From Chrysomallon squamiferum (taxonomy: Eukaryota; Animalia; Mollusca), in NCBI GenBank assembly GCA_012295275.1, contig CM022673.1, positions 27,342,001 through 27,406,000 on the forward strand: a stretch of 64,000 nt of DNA. The letters are read 5' to 3'. Of this stretch, positions 54,898 to 64,000 are shown in pieces. How positions within the stretch are numbered: position 1 is the first letter of the stretch; every line of letters starts with the position of its first letter. Both the position numbers and the translations under genes were made by a program. The notes under the pieces were generated by a model. That model was not told the DNA's origin. It made no database searches and saw nothing but the letters and a program-made list of their open reading frames with translations.

Positions 54898-55417
54898 GGC
54901 AATATGATAGCAACTCTTCTCATGTAACATTTCACATTCCATAAAACCAAAAATCCCTAAAACAGACTTGAAAGTTCAATCCAAATTATTATTAATTTTA
55001 TAGGAAACAACCAGACAAGATTTTATTTTTAAAACCATGACAATATTTCAAACTTTTATTACAAGATTTAGTACACTGAAAACTGACAATTAAATATTTT
55101 ACCTTTCCATAAAACTGTGGGATGCGAGTGTTATTTTTCTGAAAAGCTTCCACTATCTTCCACATGCAGCTGTACTTGCACTCATCCAGACAGCTCCATT
55201 GTAAAAACTGCAAGTGCAGTGGGTGTGACTTCCAGAACTTCTCTTCATCAACACAGACAGATGAATTACACTTTTTTAAACATTTTTCAAATTTGTCAGA
55301 TTGATCACCTAACGATGCTTCAATCACAATCTGCACTAATACTGATATGATTGCAGTAGTTAAGACACATTTACAAGAAACTGCAGTGATCCAGCTACTG
55401 TTTAATACAGTCCTCAT
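51541..55417 (-). CDS. PGAP3: PGAP3 copy B, with diverged N-terminal luminal domain and an apparent 1-nt frameshift
   Basis: Exons 55417-55103, 54671-54522, 54006-53945 (62 nt versus 63 in copy A), 53283-53222, 52857-52721, 52243-52039 and 51607-51541. All splice sites are intact. Confidence 0.8.
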
Positions 55418-57432
55418 TGTTCTAATGTCTTCTCATGTACTTTCATGAGCTGCAGAAAAGTTACAGATTTCTGAAAAAACCCAATTATTTGAATATATGT
55501 GCAAGTGTGTACGTAAATAGATTTAATGGAAATATTGAGAATACGAGATATTACATCAGAAGAGTCCCCATCACTTCCCTTATTTTTATTTTTATTATTT
55601 GCAAAATTTTAATAATTTTAGTTCATTAAATTTCCAAATTCCATGAAACTGAAAGTGCAAGTGCACACGCACTCAAAATAAATAAATATATGTTAATTAG
55701 ATACTACTTTGAACACTTATATTCTAATACTTTACTCTCTATCGTCTGAGTCAGTCAAATAAATAATTTTAGTAACTGTTTATTTCTCATGGACTTTTTT
55801 CACTGCAAAGCTGCTTGACTGCATGCTTAAAATAACTTTTTGATCAAGTGGCTTGATCCAGAATGAAAATAAGACTTAAGTAATATTTATAAGCCAGAAA
55901 TGACTTTTTATAAACAAGTATATGCTGACTTCGTATGCTTAATACAAGTTATATACATTATGTTTAAAGTCTGAGCTTTGGATCTGCAATGATGCATTAA
56001 ATGATTAATTTAAAATAATTCTTTCGTGACTATTTGAATACTAGACTCCTAGCGCATATGATATTTTAAATTTGTTCAGTCATTTTTAAAAATAAATAAT
56101 TAATTAATCATATATAAATGTGCTCGAACAGTAATGCAAAATAAAATGCAACATACAGGGTTAACAACATTTTAATCCTCATAATCTGAATCTATCAAAC
56201 TTTCAAAACCAATGTCAACATTCACATTTTGTTAATTTAGGTAGAGTTTTCTCCCCTTGAGAATATTCGCTATCCCGCCATTCGAAAATAAAATTATATC
56301 TGGAATGACATACCTAAAGTGTGCAAAGAAAAATATATTTGATTAATTCACTTACGTGGCAAATTAAAAATAAAAAGAACACGTACATACATACATTATA
56401 TTTTCCATAATGTTAATAAATCAAAAACGTGTGAATGTTATATGCTTCTTTGAAACAAGCACCAGACTAGCTTCACTTGAAACGAAAGTAGTGGTTAGAC
56501 CGATAAAATAGAGAACATTTGTAACTCGCCATTTCATTGGCTGCAGATTACAAACGGACCAATTGCCTAGCTCAATAAACATAACAGAATTCAATGCGGA
56601 AATAAACGGGGTCATTACCGAACCAAACAGAAGATATGATCTGCTGTTGATATCTGGGCACCAAAGATTTTTCAGATTATGGACAATACACTGGAAACAA
56701 TAAGGTAAGATCTTATTAAATGATATATTTTTATGTTCACAAAAGGAAATGTAACAATGATACTTTAAATAAAATAATAATAATAGCGAATAAAATATTT
56801 TAACAAGCATTACGTAATGTGACACCTGTGTATTGTAATAGATAGTCTAGGTCTTTGTTTGTTAAAGAGAATTTTAGACAGGAAGAAGAAACGTCCAGAG
56901 CGGTAAATATACTATGTGAGCGCGCGCACGCACCCATACAAGCACACACACACATTCGTATATGAGAAATCAGTATTCGTGAATCTGTTACTCTCGAGAG
57001 TGATGTGTTGAGAAAAAAGTTAATTTCATCCAGTTTTTTAATTATTCGGGATGGTAAGTTAATAAAACAAACAAAAAACAACAACTGGTTACTGTGACCT
57101 AAAATTTAGCAGTTTTTCTGGTCATTCTGTCTTGCATTATTTATAATGACTGCAAAATAAATTATATAGGTATATACATTATATATGTATATTAGTTTGT
57201 AAGATTAGTCCATGTTTGACTAGATATAGTTTCTTCAGCATGTAGATTTCTTTATTTAAACTCGAATGCTTATTTACGTTTTATTTTTTTAGTGAACTTA
57301 CGGAGAAAAAGATATCAGTTTTTGTAAACGTACTATAAAGTAGGCACGTATTTTTAAGACTTTCTATAAAGTTGAGGAATTGCTGAAAGGAGGGAGATAA
57401 TGCCAGACAAGCAGATATTTCAAAGACCTGCA

Positions 57433-57500
<68 letters not shown>

Positions 57501-58073
57501 TATTTGTATTATATGCTGATAATAAACCTAGAATCGTATAATACATTTTATAGATTATTTCAAGCGTGTTTGATTTGTTAAAAATGTCAGTTTTGTTTTA
57601 TTTTTGTGTGTGTATATATTTGTATATATGTATATGTGTTTGTTAATAAATAATAATAATAAAAAATAATAATAATAAAATAAAACAAATAAATAAAAAG
57701 GAAAAAGGAAAAGAAAGATAATTTCTTAGATTTGTCAGTTTCTAAATGATGTGACTTTGTGATGAACTCAATACATTGTTTAGTTTATGAGAAACAGGTG
57801 ACCAAAGAGTGACCTTAATTGTCCGAGCGGACCCCAAGGCATGTACATAAATATATGTTACCTTCTGAATTTATACTTTGAATCTCTGGTATCGTTTTGG
57901 ATGAAAATCACGTTGTCTGTACTGATAGGAAATATAAACTGGCGCACTTCAGCTCATTTTCAGTTTGTAGGTGAAATAGTTTTGTTCGTAACACAGGTAA
58001 TGTTTATATTTTATAAATGTTGTTTGATTTTTACATGGTTGTTTCATTTGAAGAATGCTAGTTATATAACATT

Positions 58074-58165
<92 letters not shown>

Positions 58166-58893
58166 TTACTGTAATACTTTTATTTCTCTAAGGGTACGAT
58201 TATAATTAAAACGCCATAATTAGCAACTAATACTGAAAGCAAATCGAAAGAGTTTCGTCTGTACACGGATGTGCTGGAAATTTTAGTTCATTGTACAATG
58301 GTCTTCGAGTACAAATCAATTCAGATATGATCTATATCTTTTAGCTACACAACGTACATTATATCTTCATATATTTAGCATCAAAGACACGAAGAAAGGA
58401 GTAACTCTTCCTGTCGGCTCATCGTATTATGTGTAAATATAATTCTTAACAACGCGGCCGCATAGGAAGAGTCTATTTTTAAAGACAGATATGAAAGGAA
58501 GACGTTAGAATATCAACAGACGTGCATTCACTTAAAAATTGAGAACTATATTGAGCTGATTAATAATTCGCACTAACGTAACCTAGGATTGGTGAACGAA
58601 ATAAAAGAAAAGAGCATAAGATACACGATTTAAACCGACAAATTGTTGCGACCGGGATAGTGATGTATAACGTAGACCTGGGTCTATTTTAGAATGTAAA
58701 CACATTTCTTAAATACTGTAGTTAATGCGTGAGTTCAGAACTTCCAGTTTAAGATTGATTAGGATATATACAAACAGGTTTCTTTGGGGATTTTTGCCAT
58801 CAGTGGAATATACGTTATGTTATACATCTGTAATTAAGGTAAGGAATTTAGCTTTAATCTGCTCACTGAAACGGGAATATCTGAACAAAATAA

Positions 58894-58943
<50 letters not shown>

Positions 58944-58954
58944 ATGTATGTATG

Positions 58955-59015
<61 letters not shown>

Positions 59016-59912
59016 GTGTGTGTGTGTGTATGTATGTATGTTAATAATGTGTACATTTTTTCTTTCTCTCTGTTTTCGTATTGTTTCTATCGCTGTTACA
59101 AGTAAAATTATATAAAGTAATACTATTATATACAGTAAACATGATGGTTTAAAATTAATCTTAATTGTGCGTATATGGATTTGATTGTGTCAGAGATGTG
59201 TGTATTGTCTACATTAACGAGATATGTTTTCTTTGTATCAAATCCATGCAAGCTGCTGGTTATATTAATTTTGCTTAATAACATATTGTCTTTGTTTGCG
59301 TGTTCGGGCCTGGCCATTCCACAGCCGTCACCTCACGGTTGATAAATGTACCGAGCAGTTCGTTATTTGTTTAGAGAAATGTCAGCTTACAGGATCGTGC
59401 CTCGTTGGGTCCTTTGTTTAAATATGTAATCTGTTTTACAAATACACTTAGCGTGCATTGTGTTACAGCTGTAACATGTGCTACACAATGTATTTAAATG
59501 AAAAACGGTATCGAGTGGCTAATTAAAATATCTTTCAGTTTCGTGATTGCCGAGATTTTAATGGGGTTTTTCTTTGTTCTTTCGCAAACTGATCACGAGC
59601 ACGTACGCTGCATGTCGTAGTGTAACAGTCTGTTTTACAGTCATGCAGCGTGAACATCTTTTTCAGATTATCCCAGGGGTTACTAATATAATTTTAAAAT
59701 ATTATTTCAACAGCGGACTAATTAGTCGTTTTCTCATCATCTTTGTTTAACTAGGTCGTGCGACGTTATACAGTAAAATAAAATAATTTTCTCAGAATTC
59801 TTTTTAAATTTTATTTTCAGGTTTTTCCGGCATATTCGAAACGTGCATCAAACTTACAACTGGATACTCTCCTAAACGAATCCAGTTCGCTCGTTGTCTT
59901 CTCTCTGACGTC

Positions 59913-61235
59913 ATGGACACAGAGAAGATTGAAAGGCTGCGAGAACGTTTGCTCGTATGTCCTATCTGCATGGACGAATACAAAGATCCACGGCTGTTAC
60001 CATGCCATCACACGGTTTGTCTGGAATGTATAGGGAATTTACAAGCATCCTCAATCACGGGACGCATGTTCAGATGTCCTCAGTGCAGATACGACGTGTG
60101 CGTTCCTAGAGGAGGAATCAAGGATTTTCCTTTGAACTTCTACATTATAAGCCTGCAGGATGAACTGGGGACCAAGTCGTATCAAGACTGCTGCGACATC
60201 TGCAAGCGAGACTGGATGGTGTCGCAGTTCAGATGTGTAGACTGTGATATGGTCATTTGCAAATTTTGCATCCACGAGCACAAGCTGTTTGGACACGATG
60301 TGTCGAAGCAATACAATGTAATGAGGATTGAGGTTAGTCCCACGGATTTCCACATGTCTTCCACAAGAAGTTGTCCCCGCCATATTGAAGAACTGCTGCA
60401 GCTGTATTGTAATACATGTGACAGGCCTCTGTGCATAATGTGCATGTGCGATGAACATAAACGACACGATACAGTTTCTCTGTCCAACAAACTGTCACAA
60501 GCTCGGACCTTCCTGCAAAAAGAGCTGGACAGGCTGACCACGGAAAAACGATCAGTGCATAAAGCAATGGAAGATGTGGACAGAACAAACGATTCAACCG
60601 AAAAATGGTCACGTCAGACGATTACAGATATCAAGGAACGTGCAAGACGGCTTCATGAGAAAATAGACAGCCTCGCTCAAAAACAAATAAGTCAAGTTGC
60701 AGAGGGAGAGAAACAGAATATCCATGAAATGAATACATACAACAAAAATCTAAAGAGTTATGCAGAAAAGGTAGACAAAGGTTTACATTTTCTAGAAGAT
60801 CTCCAGGAAGGAGACATGTGTCTTGAACTTCTCGACTGTTATGGAAAGTTTAGTAACGACTTAAGCTGCTCGAAGAACAAATCTGTCAACAAGAAATTTT
60901 TAATGAAAAAGATCAACTTCCAGCCTGGATGGGATATCCAGTTCCAGAAACATTTCATTGGAAAAATCGGTGAACTCGATTTTGAAACTTCAGAGCAAAT
61001 ATTTTTCTGCAACAAGAACGAGAAGAATGATCGGTCGTTCAGACATTATCTTTCCGCATCATTGCTACCACGCAATCTACTTCTAATGTTGGTTTTCTTG
61101 TCCATTTGTATTACTGTTTTTAAATTAGGATTTGCTTATATTAGCGATCCTTCAAATGCTTGGGAAATCCTTGTTTGTTTACTTTTCTGCATTTACATAT
61201 ATGGCGCTTCGTATTTTGCATATCGAAAATCTTGA
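59913..61235 (+). CDS. Intronless TRIM E3 ligase: RING, B-box1, B-box2, coiled coil and two C-terminal hydrophobic segments (TRIM13/59-like architecture), 440 aa
   Basis: RING CPIC...LLPCHHTVCLEC...FRCPQC. B-box CDIC...CVDCDMVICKFC..EH. B-box CPRH.EELLQLYCNTCDRPLCIMC..EHKRH. Putative TM segments LLLMLVFLSICITVFKLGFAYI and AWEILVCLLFCIYIYGASYFAY. The TM calls are by eye. Confidence 0.9.
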   Translation: MDTEKIERLRERLLVCPICMDEYKDPRLLPCHHTVCLECIGNLQASSITGRMFRCPQCRYDVCVPRGGIKDFPLNFYIISLQDELGTKSYQDCCDICKRDWMVSQFRCVDCDMVICKFCIHEHKLFGHDVSKQYNVMRIEVSPTDFHMSSTRSCPRHIEELLQLYCNTCDRPLCIMCMCDEHKRHDTVSLSNKLSQARTFLQKELDRLTTEKRSVHKAMEDVDRTNDSTEKWSRQTITDIKERARRLHEKIDSLAQKQISQVAEGEKQNIHEMNTYNKNLKSYAEKVDKGLHFLEDLQEGDMCLELLDCYGKFSNDLSCSKNKSVNKKFLMKKINFQPGWDIQFQKHFIGKIGELDFETSEQIFFCNKNEKNDRSFRHYLSASLLPRNLLLMLVFLSICITVFKLGFAYISDPSNAWEILVCLLFCIYIYGASYFAYRKS

Positions 61236-62597
61236 AATATTTAAAACTTTAGTTTGAACATATCTAGATTGTGCCAGTGCTGAGTTTATATTTTACTGAT
61301 GTTGTACGATAAATTTTATACTGATTTATAATATATATATTTTTTTTTTCGTAAATATTATTAAGAACGTTTGAACAAGTATGTGTCTGAGCGTACATTT
61401 ATTTGCATAGTTATATTATTTATTGCCATAATCAAAATGCCGAGGGCTAAATTATTTTAATCAGAGCTTTTTTATTACTGAATAAGATCACTGATAACTG
61501 GAAATATTTTATCATATTACATTATGAATTATGTGAAAGAAAATACGTTTTCGTTTAGATATCCATTATATAGCGCATTGTTGGTAACTCGTTCTGAATT
61601 TTTATCTATTGGCAATTGAATATATATGGATATATTAATCATTTATAAAATTCGTTCGCTTTATTCACGACAAAAGCCGCATGTATCGAATCGAACATAC
61701 GTGTTGTGTTTTTGACTGGTAATAACTGAACGGACTCATTTGTTACAATAATTATGCATAATATCATATTGCGAAACGCGATCTTTTTGTACACAAAAAT
61801 ATTCAATCTTTGAACCCGAAAGCATGTACTTCAGACCACATGTGAAATTGTTAAATCCAATGAATAATTCATAATACATTATAAGCTTTAACATATTTAA
61901 AAAAAAATTATTATTATTATTATTTTAATTTTATTATTATTAGCAATATTAGTAAGACCAAAGAATGTAAAATGTACTCCAGACGTTTGTATTAAACATT
62001 AATACATGCTCACACAGATTTTGTTGTTATAATAAGATTACTAAGCAAGTGTTCGATGAAAAATTGGAGAAGCAACCTTTCAATCACTGCTTTCATATTT
62101 GTTATTTATTTATATATTTTTTATTTCTTATACTCTGTTTCAATGGTTATAACGCAAGATTTAGTGAACGCAAGTGAAAATTCACGTTTCATGTTCAGAC
62201 ATATATCAGTCTATTTCGCAAATTTATGAGGTGTGCATCTTGCTACCTGTGGCAAGGTACGTACAAATCATTAAAGTTAACTAATAAAAATAGACTCTCT
62301 AATATCTTCATTATTAGCAGAAACCGAGCACCTTCTTTGACAATGAAAATAATGATTTCATTTAGATAGAAACACATCCACGTACAAAGTCTGAAAAAAA
62401 TGAAGTAGAAGTCAACTAACTAGATCATTTTCTGAGACATAAACATAAATAGGAAACACGGCAAGAAGTATTATTTTCTTCCATTTCCTTTATAATTTAA
62501 ATATTTTAGACACATGCTGAATTTAAGATTTTCTATTTAAATTACAACAAACACTTGAAAGTTTCTTCTTTCTTTTTTTTTTTTAATTTAATTTATT

Positions 62598-63952
62598 CTA
62601 ATTCTTCTTTTTGCGAGATCTTTCTTTCTTTGTAATAGGTTCTGGGCGACTTTTAGGTGTTTTTGTTTTGGCACCTGCCTTCGACATTTTAGTTTTTGCC
62701 GTTTGTTTCAGTTTTTTGCTTCCTGAAGATGAATTTTGAGGTGACATTTTATGATCATCTTCTCTCTGTCTTTGCTTTTTCTTAGCTGAAGACAAACCTG
62801 TGTCACTGTCAGTTGTGGTTTGTGTAGGTGATTTTTCACTAGTTTGTTTTTGTGGTGATTTTTTACTAGTTTGTTTTTGGGGTGATTTTTCACTAGTTTG
62901 TTTTTGGGGACGCTTACGTGTTCTGCTGGGTGAAGCAAAACTGTTGTTAGTGGATACTTCTTTGTTAGCTTTATCATCTTTCTTTTTTGATTTATTAGAT
63001 TTTAATGATGCCTTTTCACTCAAGTCTTCTAATTCTTGATTTGCACATACAGCGAAAACAGTTTCTGATATTTCATCTTGGTCATTTGTATTTTGTTTTT
63101 TCTTTTGTGACTCGTTCCCTCCTTGAAGCTCTTCGGTTTCACCTTCAGCCAAATCAGAATCACCAGCCATCTTGTCCTTACCCGTTTTTCTACTTTTATT
63201 TCTCACTGTTCTTGGACGTTTTGCTTTCAAATTTATTTTTGGCAGAGTCAAATCCACGTCATTTTCTGTTTGTAATTTCCTTTTCTTCTCACTTTCTGCA
63301 TTTTCATGATCTGATTCAAGGTTAACTGTTCTTTTTCTCCTGTTCTTTGCCCTTTCACTTTTGGCAAATTTACTGGCTTGCTTTTTAGAGGAATTTTTTC
63401 CCTTTTCATCTAATGCTTTTTCACCTAAATCTGTTAAAAAAAAAAAAAAATAAAAAAAAGATAAAAAAAAAACAAACAAAAAAAAAAACACCCAATAGAA
63501 ATAAAATATCACTTAAACTGAAATGTAACCAATATAATTTATTATATTTTCAACATTCATTTCCTTTGAAATGTATTTAAAAACAGAAATAAAAAAGAAG
63601 AAATCAGAAAATAAATTCAGACAACCAGTAATTAATTGTTGTAATATCTATCTATCTATCTATACATATATATATAAATTTTTCTTTGAGGTGATACACA
63701 AATATTTAAAACGTATAGGAGTCCATAAAATCACAATTATATTTTATAACAGAATGCAGAACTGTGGTATTCTGGGTTTTAAAATAAAACATATCTAAAG
63801 TTTGCAGTTTACAAATTATTTAAATGAACGCAAACCTTTATCTGCAGTTAAACTTGGCATCGGTAAAAAATCCGTTTTTTCTGGTTTTTTCAAGGAATGA
63901 CCTTCACTTTTATCATCATCATCATCATCGTCATCCATGTCGGACAGTTCCT
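62598..63952 (-). CDS. Last two exons of a gene with an acidic patch and a long Lys/Ser/Thr-rich disordered tail; continues beyond the window
   Basis: Exons 63952-63836 (EELSDMDDDDDDDKSEG...) and 63430-62598 (DLGEKALDEKGKN...RSRKKKN*) join in phase with GT-AG. Composition suggests a nuclear or nucleolar protein. Family not identifiable from this part. Confidence 0.75.
62827..62907 (-). repeat. 27-bp coding tandem repeat x3 (PQKQTS[E/K]KS)
   Basis: GGTGATTTTT(C/T)ACTAGTTTGTTTTTG(T/G) occurs three times on the + strand. Confidence 0.9.
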
Positions 63953-64000
63953 CTGAAAACAGTTAGCAATAAAACAACATTAAACATGTCTGTTGTGGTT

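Larger units (their letters stand above)
43237..60814 (+). repeat. Tandem segmental duplication, unit B (17,578 bp)
   Basis: Second copy of 25703-43226, with scattered substitutions and small indels. Confidence 0.97.

Overview
AT-rich, microsatellite-rich animal (eukaryotic) genomic DNA. Degenerate tRNA-SINE fragments suggest a gastropod mollusc, from memory only. Hand-built spliced gene models, in order: IDI1 (-), ANKZF1/Vms1 (+), PHOSPHO2 (-), CFAP210/CCDC173 (+), PGAP3 (-), a TRIM E3 ligase (+), and the 3' end of a Lys/Ser-rich gene (-). The first six form three head-to-head pairs. The dominant structure is a ~17.5 kb direct tandem duplication (25703-43226 and 43237-60814). Its breakpoints lie inside CFAP210 exon 2 and inside the TRIM CDS, joined by a 10-nt insert that appears locally templated. 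The duplication yields two PGAP3 copies, which differ by a burst of amino-acid changes in the luminal domain. It also yields a same-strand TRIM(RING-Bbox-Bbox-coiled-coil)::CFAP210 chimera that is one base out of frame at an A4 run. Both halves of the chimera differ from their parent copies almost only at silent sites. Two other 1-nt homopolymer deletions in conserved CDS (ANKZF1, PGAP3 copy B) suggest consensus errors, so the chimera may really be in frame. No convincing coding gene was found in 1-7400, but it holds a ~190-nt GC-rich element that can fold into a multibranched structure. All alignments and counts were done by eye.
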